Assembly (NCBI RefSeq): GCF_006345805.1
Contig: NC_043013.1
Span: 57,350,001 to 57,414,000, forward strand
Length of the DNA stretch: 64,000 bases
Source: Octopus sinensis
Taxonomy: Eukaryota
Direction of reading: 5' to 3'
Part shown: positions 1-12,952 of the stretch, piece after piece
Numbering within the stretch: position 1 is the first letter of the stretch
Layout of the letters: every line of letters starts with the position of its first letter
The notes under the pieces: model-generated
The model's database searches: none
What the model saw: the letters and a program-made list of their open reading frames with translations, nothing else
Told to the model about the DNA's origin: nothing
Made by a program: the position numbers and the translations under genes

Positions 1-770
1 ATTACTAAATATGTTAGCACTAACTTAACTAATGAGTCTGTCAGTTGGTAGTTTAGTTTAGCATTTAATTTGCAGCAGATTGAAAAGACAACAGCCAGTA
101 TTGTATCACAGACAATGATATGGAAGCAGCATGCATTAAGTATATTATATCACCGACTTTGTTATTTGAATTTTAAGCAGAGTTCTATAGAAGAGTTTCT
201 GTCAGTTTGAAAGTTTGTTAATATGAAAATAGACAAGTAACAACCACTTTCTCTCATGCTAATATTTCAGCAGCACTTCAGCATTGGTAAATGATGGAAG
301 ATTTCGTTAGCCTGAGATGGCAGCTCTGCTACTTGGTTGTTTGCCATTCATGGCATTGACCTAGCTACTAAACATCAACTTTGATATCGCTCTTCTATGC
401 AAACAACTTCTTATAATAATATTTATTTCTAATTTCCATAAATTCTCCAGAAATTTGAAAAGTACTGATAGCATAGAAGAAAAGGAAAACAGAATGAGAT
501 TTCTGTGTGTGTGCTTTGGCGGCGGGGTGGGGGGTAGTAGACAGTATAGTGAATGTATAATACATCGTTATGTTTAGGAACTTAATTAATTTATTTTGTT
601 CTGTAAATAATTAATGATTGATGTATCTTGTGTTATATCTTAGGAAATTTGAACATATTTCTTTGTGACAATAAAACTGCAAAGCCAAAAAGAATATAGT
701 GGAATAATGTTCTAAATATTGGACACTGAAGTTCTAATAGCCAAGAAATCTGTTGCAGGAAGTGCAGGAA

Positions 771-930
771 GTCTCCCCGTAACTTAGCGGTTCGGCAAAA
801 GAGACCAATAGAATAAGTACTAGGCTTACAAAGAATAAGTCCTGGGGTTGATTTGCTCGACTAAAAGGCGGTGCTCCAGCATGGCCACAGTCAAATAACT
901 GAAACAAGTAAAAGAGTAAAAGAGAGAGTA
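771..930 (+). mobile_element. 3' fragment of tRNA-derived SINE family A
   Basis: Matches the 3' half of the full copies at 10107, 18625 and 42537 (ccccgtaacttagcggttcggcaaaagagacc...gtaaaagagtaaaagag tail). Confidence 0.85.
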
Positions 931-1559
931 AATGTTCATATTGACTTGAAATATTTTTTGGTTTAACACCCAACTCTTTGATTCTCAGGTACATTTAGTT
1001 GATAATACTCTACTGCAAGCTCCTGGTTCACATGTTTGGTCTGAGGATAACTTCATACCAGTTGCCAATTCCATGAAAAAGGCCTTAAGCACTGCCCTTC
1101 CTTCAGTTATTTGATGTAAAGTACAAAGGTCAGTTATTTCTTTGAGAAAGATGGTAGCACTTCTGTATGGTTGGATTCTGATAACTGGGAAGAGAGAAAA
1201 CAGTAAAAGTTACTGTTGCTGTTGTTGTCTTTATTGGTTTTATTTATCCCCAGGTCAACATGGATTGACTCAACCAAGACACAGAGGGGTTCCATCCACA
1301 ACCATTTTAGGATTTTTTTTTATATTTCAAACTGTTTTGTTTCACATGTCCTTCAAATCTTTAATGAGATATTAATTACTTGTATGTAATAATTGATGAA
1401 AATGGAAAAAAGCGAAACATAAAAGAGCTTTGGATTCTAATGAAGAAAATTTATAAATTTATTTCTATTGAAAGCAAGTACATTGACCCTTGTGTTAAGC
1501 AACAACTTAGTATGATATGGTGTAAACCTATAAAATTACTTTCATATATTCTAGATTCA

Positions 1560-1960
1560 TACAGAACTGCTGAGAAAGAATGGTTATAAGCATTAAAAAG
1601 GATTAAAAAGTATATCCGGTTAGTAGAGATCCTCTTTATAAAGCTTCAAGCAGCAAACTTTTGAGTTAATAAACAATCTGTCATTGAGGAAATCTTCATC
1701 TACTTTGATGGAAGACAATATCTTAAGAAACATTGGTTTCAGTTTGATATCAATATAGAAGAAATGACAAACCACATGATGTTAAATTTATATCCTGATA
1801 TTGCAATAATACAGCTGGGATTGTTAAGGATCAACAGGATATGTTAACTGATGGAGACGAAGCATAGATTGATACAAATATATTGAGAGAGATCAATATA
1901 CGGAATCAGTTCATCAAGTTTTGAATGATATCCCAGGCTCAGTTAATAAGATTGGAATTT
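1560..1960 (+). pseudogene. Decayed piggyBac-like transposase fragment (central part)
   Basis: Frame-hopping translation gives KRIKKYIRL..DPLYK..FELINN, KQSVIEEIFIYFDGRQYLKKH, STGYV and TESVHQVL. These occur in the order of the piggyBac motifs (DxLYKIRP, SVDESM..F.GR, TGY). Many stops; similarity judged by eye. Confidence 0.35.
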
Positions 1961-2081
1961 GCCGACCAATACAGGTAACAAATATGGCAAATAGTGTCAG
2001 AGACGATTCTTAAATAATGAAAGAAATTGACTGTTAAATTTTTGTAAGACACATAATTCTGTATCCGCCAGATAGAGCTAA

Positions 2082-2305
2082 CCTATTTCTTTACTACCCA
2101 CAAGGGGCTAAACACAGAGAGGACAAACAAGGACAGACAAATGGATTAAGTCAATTACATCGACTCCAGTCGCTAACTGGTACTTATTTAATCGACCCCG
2201 AAAGGATGAAAGGCAGAAAGGATTGAACTCAGAATATAGCAACATATGAAATACCGCTAAGCATTTCAGCCGGTGTGCTAACGTTTCTGCCAGTTCCTCA
2301 CTGCC
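2082..2305 (-). mobile_element. tRNA-derived SINE family B (Meta-domain-like core)
   Basis: The reverse complement has a tRNA-like head, the core gcctttcatcctttcggggtcgattaaataagtaccag and the tail gtgggtagtaaagaaatagg. Homologous to the copies at 38576, 46597, 60275 and 61252. Confidence 0.85.
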
Positions 2306-3397
2306 TTTGTGCCAGATAGTGCTAACCTAGTTACCATTCATTTGAAGCAAGAGAATAATTTTCTAATGCGGGGGAGAGAACTCCACTCTCTTTTATTATT
2401 CATTTCTGTTCCATTACAGAATCATTTCAGGGTGTGTTTTTTTTTGTTTTTGATTTGCAAAATTTGTAACCGTAAATTAAGTCGTAAATGTTTCTGAGGA
2501 ATGTGATGTAATTGTTTCACTAATTAATATTGAAGGATTGAATATGTTTGACACGTTGATTAAAGCCATGTAAGGTGGTTACCAATTCAATGCCCAGGTT
2601 CAGAATGAGAAGCAGTGCACGTTAATAGAGATTTAACTAGATAAACTTAACCTGACATGACACTGGCCATTATGTCTCTAACTACAACCACTGTCATCTC
2701 ACTGTCATCAATGTCACCTTCAGTGCCATTATATGCACCACCTTAACAATCATCACCAATATCATCATGATCTACACCAATCAATCACCATCACCACCAC
2801 TATCACCAAGACTATCACATTCACCAATACCATCATTAGCATTACCATCTGTCTTGTTTCCATATTATTTTTTATCTATTCCTACTCTTGTAAGCAATCA
2901 GTCCCTAATTATTTCAAACCATTGCACCATCCTCCAGCTGATTATCTCAAAACTGTGCTAGTCTCCTCTCACTAATTGCCTTACCTGTGATTTTTCTTTG
3001 CCTTACCTCGAAATTCATTAGAATCATCCTTTTAACAGAGAATCAAAGAGCTGTAATAATCATTAAGTGGATCACATAAAAACCATAAAAATTATCCAGT
3101 CTTGTCTGGAATGGACGGCTCTATTCTTACAGTTTATAGGAATTAGACACACAATAAGATGAATTGATAAAATCGTATTGGTTAATATTTAAAAACGAAT
3201 CTCAACTAATTGCTTCTAATCACTCTAATATTTCAAAGAATATGACAAACTATAAAATGGTCTCAGAAGAGATCCTTCTAATTTTACTAGTCTTTTCTTT
3301 TTTTTTTAAATCATTAGTATTAATCGATACAATGAAACATGTTTTAATTGTATTGGATTCTGGTTTTTTAATCATTTCTATTATTACCACCACCATA

Positions 3398-3432
<35 letters not shown>

Positions 3433-3539
3433 TCTTTGATATCCCTGATATTATACAATACAAATTTCTCCTCTAAAAATCTTTGATACAAATTAATGAA
3501 AATTCATTGTGGATGTTGTGTGAGAGGGGTAATATTTGT

Positions 3540-4085
3540 AAAACATTATTTTTACTTTACAGTTCTCGTTGAAATAAAGATGACAGTAGTGCAAGTGTCA
3601 ATGGTTGTAATGGTGTGTGGAGAAACCATTCTGGCTGGTTATATAAGCAAACACGAACTGTTTAACATGCTAAAACGAGTTCACTACATCTTAATGCTGA
3701 CAGTAAAAAAATAAAGATAAATCATTCATAATGGTGCATTTGTCAAGAACTGTGTGTGGGTGTGGCGTTGGGGTTCCTACTTACTGGAGAAGAGTTTACG
3801 ACTGGTTTTCTGTGAATGCAGGAAATTAGATCAGTCTTCCAGCATGGACTTGCATATTGATGTCAATAAGGCTACTTCATCATTAATATTGACACAAGAA
3901 GAACTGTCTCTATCATTGGCAGTATTTCAAATTATGTCACAAGAGAAAAGACCATTTCTTCACAAACAGTTTGTAATGGCCAAATAGATAAAATAATAGT
4001 TATGGTACAAAGTTCAAGAGATCATACACTGCAATAGGCATTGTTTTGTCTGCTTGGTCAAACTTTGTAATGTCTGCTTGTCTGT
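3540..4085 (+). pseudogene. Decayed piggyBac-like transposase fragment (C-terminal part)
   Basis: R*NKDD (RWxD-like), then SVNA/KLDQSSSMDL, then the Cys-rich HCNRHCFVCLVKLCNVCL resembling the piggyBac C-terminal cysteine-rich domain. Collinear with 1560-1960. Confidence 0.3.
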
Positions 4086-4431
4086 CAGCAGACATGGCAG
4101 ATATTAACTATTCGGTTCTGGGAGGGGAAGGGGTTTGGTTGGGGAGGAGTAGGGTCGCAGATAAAACTGAATATTTGGTAATTGGTTCACTGACCTTACT
4201 ATTCTGAGTGTGAATCTAGTAAAGTAGACACTGGGGAGGAAACGGTCAATTCTAAAGAATTCTTTTTTTTTTTTATCATGTTACCTGAACAGAAAACAAA
4301 CATTGATACAAGTAAAAGAGAAGGAGGGGTAGTGCCACCTCCCGTTCTCTTTTGTTTTGTTGCACAACATTTTAGAAATAGCAGCCACATTCCAGCAAAT
4401 GGCACCCTAGAAGAAGAAGCATACATTAGAT

Positions 4432-4762
4432 TTTAAAAAAAAGACTCCGCCGGTTACGACGACGAGGGTCCCAGCTGATACGATCAACGGAACAGCTTGC
4501 TCGTGAAATTAACGTGCAAATGGCTGAGCATTCCACAGACACGTATACCCTTAACGTAGTTCTCGGGGATAATCAGCGTGACACAGAGAGTGACAAGGCT
4601 GACCCTTTGAAATACAAGTACAACTCATTTTTGCCAGCTGAGTGGACTGGAGCAGCATGAAATAAAGTGTCTTGCTCAAGGACACAACACGTCGCCGGGA
4701 ATTAAACTCACAACCTTACGATCATGAGCCGAATGCCCTAACCACTAAGCCACGCGCCCTCA
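4432..4762 (-). mobile_element. tRNA-derived SINE family C, full length, with 12-bp target-site duplication
   Basis: Head gagggcgcgtggcttagtggttagg...tttaattccc (A/B-box-like) and CORE-like tgtgtccttgagcaagacact. TSD catacattagat at 4420-4431 and 4763-4774. Confidence 0.85.
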
Positions 4763-4877
4763 CATACATTAGATAATGAAGTCATAGATGTGTGAGTGAG
4801 TGTGTGAATGCATCATGAATATATATATATATATATATATAAATATCAAAATAAGCAACAAGAATGACTCCGTTAAT

Positions 4878-4963
4878 TTGGTGCGATTGTTTCGTACTAC
4901 ATCATTTTATTAAATGTTGTAAGTATTACAACAGATTTAAAATGCTGAGCACTCATCAGCCAA
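4878..4963 (-). ncRNA. Type I hammerhead ribozyme-like motif, probably inactivated (U16.1 to C)
   Basis: UUGG CUGAUGA GUGCU..AGUAC GAAA C AAUC G C A CCAA. Confidence 0.6.
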
Positions 4964-5536
4964 TTATAGAGGTCTTCCATTAATACTAAAATCTTCATAT
5001 CAAGTGGCAACATTATAGAGAAGGTAGATATATAGACAAAGATGTGGATTTAAATGTTAAGAACATTTGAGGTAGTGGAGCCCATCAACTGACTGACTAA
5101 GATTCAGTTGTTCCAGACTACTGTAAGGTTCTGAGAGGGAAGAACAAATGAAAAGAGACAATAAAGATTTTCTAATTATAGAAATGGGGGGAAGGGGTCC
5201 TAGTTCTCCTAATGCTGAATCTGTTCATCAAATAGTAGTAATTGGCATTTAGTTGTGACAATGCTGTCTTCTACATAAATTCCTTATATGGAGCCATGAC
5301 ATCCCCTTTACCCCATTTCTATAAATAGAAAATCTTTATTGTCTCCTTCCATTTATTCTTCCCTCTCAGAATCTTACAGTAGTCTGGAACAACTGAATCT
5401 TAGTCAGTCAGTTGATGGACTCCACTACCTCAAATGTTCTTAAAATTTAAATCCATATCTTTGTCTGTATATCTACCTTCTCTATAATGTTGCCACTTGA
5501 TTTTAAAATTTTTATATTAATGGAAAACCTCTATAA

Positions 5537-5622
5537 TTGGCTGATGAGTACTCAGCATCTTAAATCTGTTGTAATACTTACAACATTTAATAAAATGATG
5601 TAGTACGAAATGATCGTGCCAA
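5537..5622 (+). ncRNA. Type I hammerhead ribozyme-like motif, probably inactivated (GUG triplet)
   Basis: UUGG CUGAUGA GUACU..(long hairpin)..AGUAC GAAA U GAUC G U G CCAA. Confidence 0.6.
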
Positions 5623-5748
5623 ATTACCGGAGTCATTCTTGTTGCTTATTTTGATTATAATTACCCCACAGATTTTTATGGATAACACCATACAGAATTC
5701 TGGTGCATCTAAATTAAGTACCATATTCATTTGAATCTAAATTTTTGC

Positions 5749-5779
<31 letters not shown>

Positions 5780-5809
5780 TTTTTTTTTCATTTTTTATGT
5801 GCCCTTTTC

Positions 5810-6065
5810 AAGCCTAGCCAGGATCATGGGCCCGGTTTCCTGGTTTCTGTGGCGCATGTGTTCCCCCCAGCTGGACGGGATGCCAGGCCATCACAGCATT
5901 ACTCAAAAAGCAGGAAGAAAGTTTGAGAGAAAGTTGAGGTGAAAGAGTACAACAAGGGTCGTTCCCCCCCCCCCGCTAGAGTCTCTTGGAGCTTTATTTG
6001 GAGCTCAATAAACACACACAACGCCCAGTCTGGGAATCGAAGCCACAATCCTCCAACTGCGAGTC
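5810..6065 (-). mobile_element. tRNA-derived SINE family D
   Basis: The reverse complement begins gactcgcagttggaggattgtggcttcgattcccagac (B-box-like) and contains gatggcctggcatcccgtccagc, a SINE central-domain-like motif. Confidence 0.55.
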
Positions 6066-7440
6066 TACTACTATGATGTCTGAATGGTTACAACTAGAAT
6101 GCCTTTGACATAGTCTTAGCAGAGTTGGGATGGGGCTAAATCAAAACTACAACAACAGCAATATCAGTAAAACACTGTGTAACACTTCCAGCAAATCAAA
6201 ATCTTTCCATCTACTGCTATAGGGTCACACGTCCTACTAGAAATAGCAGCTAAACTCTTTAAGATGTTACCCTGGATGTTGCTCCAATCAACACATCCCT
6301 CAATCCAGCATTAGAGATCGATGAGTTAGGGTTCACAGTTCCCATTTCCTGCCTTGTAGTGATCAATAATTGGTGAATAGTTACAAGTAGAATAACATAT
6401 AACATAAAATAATAAAACAGAAATTGCAGAGCCACAAAAACAAAAAAATATATGAATTATACAATAAATAAAATAAAACAACATATAAATAACAAATTAA
6501 GTAAATATTTGCTTGAGCTAAGGGGTCCAGGGTCGATGATGATCAAAGCATTCTAGCCATGAACATCTTGCCTTTGTTTTCACAACCAGTGAATCTAGGA
6601 CTCCATTTGAAAAATGTTCTTTCTCATTTGGAATGGTAAGGTGTGATTTGAAGGATATTTCATTACTTTGTCTTGCAAGATCAGTGACCATGTTGAAGCC
6701 CCTTTACACTGTATTTACATATTAATTTTCTTTATCTAAAACTATTTTATCCAATATGTCCTGTATGTATATAAAAATAAAGATTTAATGGAGATTTGGT
6801 TGTTATTTCTACCAGTTTAAATGACTGCACAGAGGCTCCCTTGCCCACAGGAATCTAGGAAATTGCTCTTCTTGTGTGTGTATTTTGTTGGTTTGTTGTA
6901 TGATGAATTACTAAATTCCTCTCACCAATTGCAATACCCCTCAATTACAAATAAATGGAGTCATTGAAATGGCAACCATCTAATCAAATATTTCAAATTT
7001 ATTTTCGATTATATTTTGTATTCAAATGTATACCACACAAAAAAATCTAGTTCACAATATATAAAAAGCATTCCTCAGAAATCTCAGTTATGAAAGAATT
7101 ATGATTCTTGGTATTGCATATATTTGAAAACTTTTACTGGTTTCAGACATTAGACTGTGGCCATGCTGGGCACCACTTTCTTTTTTAATGAAGTTCTAAT
7201 GGTTTTGGGACTGAGCAGGATGTTTTCATTGGTTGTTACAATCAAAAGACTGTTTTACTAGAGCTACATGTACTTAGAAAGATATATACATTTTAACGAA
7301 TTGCATTTATCCTGTGCAACACACAGACAAATATATATATATATATATACAGGGAGAATTCATAAAAAAACAAAAGACGAAGACAGGTGGTGTAGATAAC
7401 ACACAGATGTATTAGTATAACACTCAGGAAGTGAAAAAGT

Positions 7441-7476
7441 CTTTAACGTTTCGAGCCTACGCTCTTCCACAGAAAG
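7441..7476 (-). ncRNA. Minimal type I hammerhead-like motif (A6U variant) in a short PLE-like element
   Basis: CUUU CUGUGGA A GAGC GUAG GCUC GAAAC GUU AAAG. Stem I 4 bp, stem II 4 bp, palindromic ACGU stem III. Confidence 0.55.
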
Positions 7477-9700
7477 AAACAAGGAGAGTTTCTACTTATT
7501 TGATGGTATATAAGACAGCATATTTTTTTCAAAATATAACTCAATATATGCCAAGTGTAGACTCCCATAAACTAATTTTGTCCCTAATGTTTCTGCTTCT
7601 TAAATGAGCATTGCTGAAATTGGTGTGCATCAACATATGCAATTAAATACAATAATTTATATGTTTTTTAGCAAGAATGTTTATGTAAAAATGTGAGATG
7701 AAAGAGATGTCATTGCATTTTAGGCAGGTCATTTTGCCAATAGTAAACACTCACTGGTTATATTTCCCTTCCTTTTTATGAAAAGTCAACTAATTAAATA
7801 ACTAATAAATTGATTCCTTGACAAATAATTTGATCAATCAGTCAATCCATCAATTAGTCAGTTTGTCAGATTCTTTTCCTTGCCATTCATAACTTCATCA
7901 AGGATGTCTCCTCATTGCTCCAGGCCAGTGCCAATGCACCTAAACTCTATTTATACTTGTCTCATTTAAAGACATTACCGCTTGAGGTAATGTATCTGCA
8001 GCAAACACAATGTCATGAAAGCCTACAACCACAATTGGCCATCCCCACTCAGTCACCATCCCCTTAGCCAATCGATAACAATTAAAATCTATCCATGTTT
8101 TGATATGTTTTTGGTATTGTTCTTGGTGCTGCTGTCCATTCTTCTCTCTTTTCTAAATTAGCTCATTTCACCACAAAAGTTAAAAGACATTAAATAATCA
8201 CCTGGCATTACATAACCGTTGCTACTTCAGCTCCCCTTTTCAATGATAACGACATTACACTCTGGAAGTATTTCTGATTTTGAAGGATTCCATTGACATT
8301 CAACACCCTAATCATTACCCACTTGATGCTCCCTTCCCTTTTGCCTTCCTCGGGGCTCATTGCTAAAGTCTTGTTTGTATTGAGGTGAAAGAAGCTGGCC
8401 AGCCAAACATACTGACCATCCAGTTGCTCCACAAATTATCTGATATCCAATCATGGACACAGTATGTAAATATCAACATCATCATTTCATATGGAATCAA
8501 CTTAGCTTTATTCTCTGTTAGATTGCTTTAGTTATTCTCCAGTAAAATATCTGAGACAAATATATCTTTCATGTTTGTCATGAAATATTTGTTCCTGAAT
8601 TTGATCCTTGTGTTTCATGAACAAATATAGAATTTTATGAAGACAAACCATAGTTGAACAATTCTCTAGACTCATTCTTTTCAATGATTCTTCTGATTTA
8701 AAAAGAAACTATGAGTTGTCGAGTTTTCAATATCTTGATGGTTTCCTGTCCCAGAGGAATATAACATAAGTATACAAATTATAAATCTAAATTAATATTT
8801 TTCTATTCGATATTTCTCTAAATATCGGAGTAGCGAGATGATTATACTGTGAAGAAAATAGTGGAACACAAGATTTTAACAAAGAATACTTAACCATTCC
8901 AAATAAAGGATAATAAGGAAAAAAAGTAAAGATGATATTTCTTTAATTGAATTTCCAAACAGCGTCATATTGTTTCATACAAAAAAAAGAAAAAAATTAC
9001 TCTGGCTTCACAAAAGAGTCTATAAAAATGCCTTGCAGTTTTACCAATTTCCATTTTCTCACTTCATGGAAACCTTATGAATTTTTTCTACCTCTTTTAT
9101 TAAAGAATAATTGGAAAACTCTCATTTTCCTCCAAGTTGCTTTGCTAAATTTCAACATGTCATTTTGATATAAGCTCTTCCCTTTGTTACAAGATTCCAT
9201 TGCCTTCCTTCTTCATGTTCTTAGAATACATTCCTTTTATTTTTTTGTTCCTTCTGTTTTATTGCATTTGCCTGAATCATGTCCAATTTCAATGAATTCT
9301 CCTGATCTTCCTTACTTGTATTTGTTATAATTTGCATCTTAGCTTAAAGCTATAATGGATAATATAGATTACAAAACATCTATGCACTCTCTGAATGCCA
9401 TCTCTCTAGAAATAATTGTGTCAGCTGAGGTTGTTAAAAAAAAAAACAAAAGAACGAAATTACTTGTATGTTTTTTGTTTTGTTTGAATAGAATGGATGG
9501 TTTTGTAAGTTTAGAAAATTGCACGAACAATTGCAACACATTTTACTGCAGAATATCAATTGGAAGCGTAAACACTTTGTCATGAAATAGCAGTTGTGTC
9601 ATTCTTTGGTTTGGTTGATTAAAGAAAGGATTTGCTAAAGAGTTGGAAAATTTTTTTTGCTTAAAGACTTCAACTTATGATATTTTCAAACTTAGAGTCT

Positions 9701-9925
9701 TAAAATAAACACAGCTAGCAAAAATTGAAATATTTAAATAAACACAATTAGCTATAATTCAGATATTTAAATAAACACAATTATGAATAGTATAAATAAA
9801 CATAAACAGCAATGATTTAAATATTTAAATATACTTAATTAGCAATGATTTAAATATTTAGATAAACACTATACTCAATAACTTACATATTTAAATGTAC
9901 TTAATTAACAACGATTTAAATATTC
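9701..9925. repeat. Degenerate AT-rich tandem repeat (~28-bp units, atatttaaataaacacaattagc-like)
   Basis: The recurrent atatttaaata(a/t)ac motif is visible about 7 times. Confidence 0.7.
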
Positions 9926-10106
9926 AAAAAAATATATTTGGCTGTCTTTATATAATATTGTGTTTCACTTCAGTTCTTTGTTTCTAATTCTGTAGATTTT
10001 ATTGTTGTTGTTGTTGTGGGCCCCATAGGAAATTAGTTCTAATCAAGCAGAACCCTGTCACTCAGCTCATCAAGATAACAGCTAGCTTCTATCCACAGCC
10101 CTATGT

Positions 10107-10524
10107 AGACGTAGGAGTGTCTGTGTGGTAAGTAGCTTGCTTACAAACCACATGGTTCCGGGTTCAGTCCCACTGCGTAGCACCTTGGGCAAGTGTCTTC
10201 TACTATAGCCTCGGGCTGACCAAAGCTTTGTGAGTGGAATTGGTAGACAGAAACTGAAAGAAGCCCGTCATACATATGTATATATATATGTGTGTGTGTG
10301 TGTATGTTTGTGTGTCTGTGTCTGTCCCCCCAACATCACTTGACAACCGATGCTGGTGTGTTTACGTCTCTGTGACTTAGCGGTTCAGCAAAAGTGAACG
10401 ATGGGATAAGTACTAGGCTTACAAAGAATAAGTCCTGAGGTCGATTTGCTCGATTAAAGGCAGTGCTCCAGCATGGCCTCAGTCAAATGACTGAAACAGG
10501 TAAAAGAGTAAAAGAGTAAAGAGA
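10107..10524 (+). mobile_element. tRNA-derived SINE family A, full length
   Basis: Head gtaggagtgtctgtgtggtaagtagcttgc...gggttcagtccc, central tgagtggaattggtagacagaaactgaaagaagcccgtc, internal (TA)/(TG), and (gtaaaaga)n tail. Confidence 0.9.
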
Positions 10525-10657
10525 GCCCTTTGACTCTAGATATGACCTGCTTTCACAGAGCTAAGGATCCTATGGCACATTCTGTCATGTCATGATGGAC
10601 CATATGAACTAACTCCTGGGCTGCAGTCTACATTACTTTTACTCTCTCCTTTTTATC

Positions 10658-10695
<38 letters not shown>

Positions 10696-10885
10696 ACAGG
10701 AAGTCAATATAAAATTAATTATTTGATTAATTATATGAGTGTTTAATTACTTGGCATTAGATCCTCTCAAGCTTCATCTGTTGCAGTGGTGAGAAAGTTT
10801 AAGATGTTCTCTAAGTAAATAAAACTGAGCCATAAATATTCTAAAATGCTAAACTCTGTACCAGATTCTTGTGCATGATTGACAT

Positions 10886-11071
10886 TATTCTTTTCTACTC
10901 TAGGCACAAGGCCTGAAATTTTTGGAGAGGGGGCCAGTCGATTAGATCATGACCCCAAAACGATGAAAGGCAAAGTCGACCTCAGCAGAATTTGAACTCA
11001 AAACTTAAAAACATACAAAATACTGCTCAGTATTTTGCCCAGCATGCTAACATTTCTACCAGCTTGCCACC
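10886..11071 (-). mobile_element. SINE family B variant, internally deleted
   Basis: gatgaaaggcaaagtcgacctcagcagaatttgaactc core plus tRNA-like head remnant. Confidence 0.75.
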
Positions 11072-11859
11072 TTGCATGATTGACATGATTGAGTGACTAA
11101 AGCAGCTCTTTTGTCAAACAAGATATTCCAAGTTTGATCTAAATGAGTAACACCTTGGACAAGTATTTTGTACCAAAGATATAGGTTGTAAGGTGAATTA
11201 GATTGGTACAAACTGCACAGAATCCTATTATGTGTGAGAATGCGTGTGTCTGAATTTTCAAAATGGGGTATTATTATTATTATACACTGATATATTCAGG
11301 TTAATGTCCTCATCGTCATTGTTATAGTCATGGCATTTTGGCCATTAAATTCTCTAGTCTTCTACAGGTGTCTCTCATATTTAATATTATTGGGATTTTA
11401 AACCAAACCTGTTATTTAATTCACAGAGGTAGTTTGGGATCGTCCTATTGTCAGGAAGGATATTCTCCACTTAGTTATTCCACTACATGTGATGTCACTC
11501 ACTTGCTCCTATTGAACCAAATTAAATATTGTGCGAGTGCCACATAGACTGAACTCGTACATACTAGTGACACTTCTAATCCCATTGTCCTGTGGTACAG
11601 TTATGAAACAGAAACTGGAAACTTTAAACTTACCCATTTTATGATCGTGGATTTGGTGTTTCTTCCTCTCTTATCAGTCCCAATATGCTGATCATCTCTG
11701 TCGGTCCAACTGAGCAAGGTATCAAAGCCCCACATATGTACGGACTTACCGAGTTCATCAAATCTTCAAAGGTTATCAAAGACACTAAATAAAATTAATG
11801 TCTAAAAGTTAAATATTGCAAATCACAACCTTCTATCTTAAATGTAGAAGGAGCATATT

Positions 11860-12085
11860 AAACAATATACTCTGACCTGCTAGATTTAGTAGCCAATTCT
11901 CCCTCAGATCACATTATACTGTCTTTTCAATAAAACAGCATATTACATAATGTGCTCTAACTTGCTAAATATAGCAGTAAAATCTCCCTAAAATCGTATT
12001 CTACTGTCGAAATGATGAAACAACAAATTAGTGTATTGTAACTTGCTAAATATTGCAGCTAAACCTCCCACAAATCTCACCCATA
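11860..12085 (+). repeat. Three tandem ~85-bp units of a dispersed repeat (ttgctagaaatagcagccaaatctccctcaaatcac-like)
   Basis: The motif recurs near 11875, 11960 and 12040. Related degenerate copies lie near 6230, 6620, 29385, 30625, 48255 and 49315. Confidence 0.6.
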
Positions 12086-12844
12086 TTTTCAACTGACAAA
12101 CATCAGAATTATACATATTTCATTCTCTGCATCTAATTTTCAGTTTCTTTCATGAAACAAAAATTGTTAAACACCGAATCAGTCTTGATTTATGATCAAT
12201 AAAAGATGGGATAACCCTGGATCTAATGTCTTCAATCAAAGGTGATCTTGATCAACAACAGCCTAAGTGGCTTTCATCTTTAGGGGCCTAGTCATTGGGG
12301 TCTTTCATGCCTCAATCACATCATTCTGTGAATTTAGTCTACATGACATTCACACCAGCAACATCTAAAAGTTTACTTTGGACTTCAATCACGTAAACCT
12401 CACCAATTTAAGAGACATTCATTTATACAAATGTTTAGGTTAGACATCAGCAACATCAATGCTAGCAGTTTTGGATGATATGAAAAGCTCCTAACCATTG
12501 CCCTTCTTAATATGAATAAATTTTAGGAAACAGAACATATATTTTTATGTGTCTGGACTGACAATAGTGCAAGACTACAAAATTTGGCTGCTATTTTTAG
12601 CAAGGTCAAGCATGCATGTAGAGGTATCTACATTTGCTTGTATTTAGATGGAGGATACCGTTAAGATTCCTTCATGCTGTGACAAAAATTTTGTTGCAGG
12701 GTTAACAATTTTATTCCACAATCATAAGGCTCCATCTATGACCTCAATGTGTGGCACACTGAGCAAGCGTCTTAGCCTCATATTGGACAATTCCTTATCA
12801 GTAAAAAGTAGAAGATGGAAATTGTGTGGAAGCATACCATGTAT

Positions 12845-12865
12845 ACATATATATATATAATATAT

Positions 12866-12952
<87 letters not shown>
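12845..12952. repeat. (TA)n-(GATA)n compound microsatellite
   Basis: Directly visible. Confidence 0.98.

Larger units (their letters stand above)
4845..5655. repeat. Diverged inverted repeat: arms ~4845-5200 and ~5302-5655, ~100-bp spacer
   Basis: The arms are reverse complements with scattered substitutions (e.g. aacaagaatgactccg / ccggagtcattcttgtt). The left end abuts (TA)n. Confidence 0.95.

Noticed and set aside
734-994. 86-aa ORF and similar ORFs at 42632-42913, 38776-39006, 60299-60523 and 61276-61587
   Set aside because: Read-through of SINE A or B sequence; the same peptides recur wherever the SINE occurs.
7900-8432. Possible LINE apurinic endonuclease relic (IRVLNVNGI) on the minus strand
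   Set aside because: Only one short motif-like match; the downstream APE motifs could not be traced.
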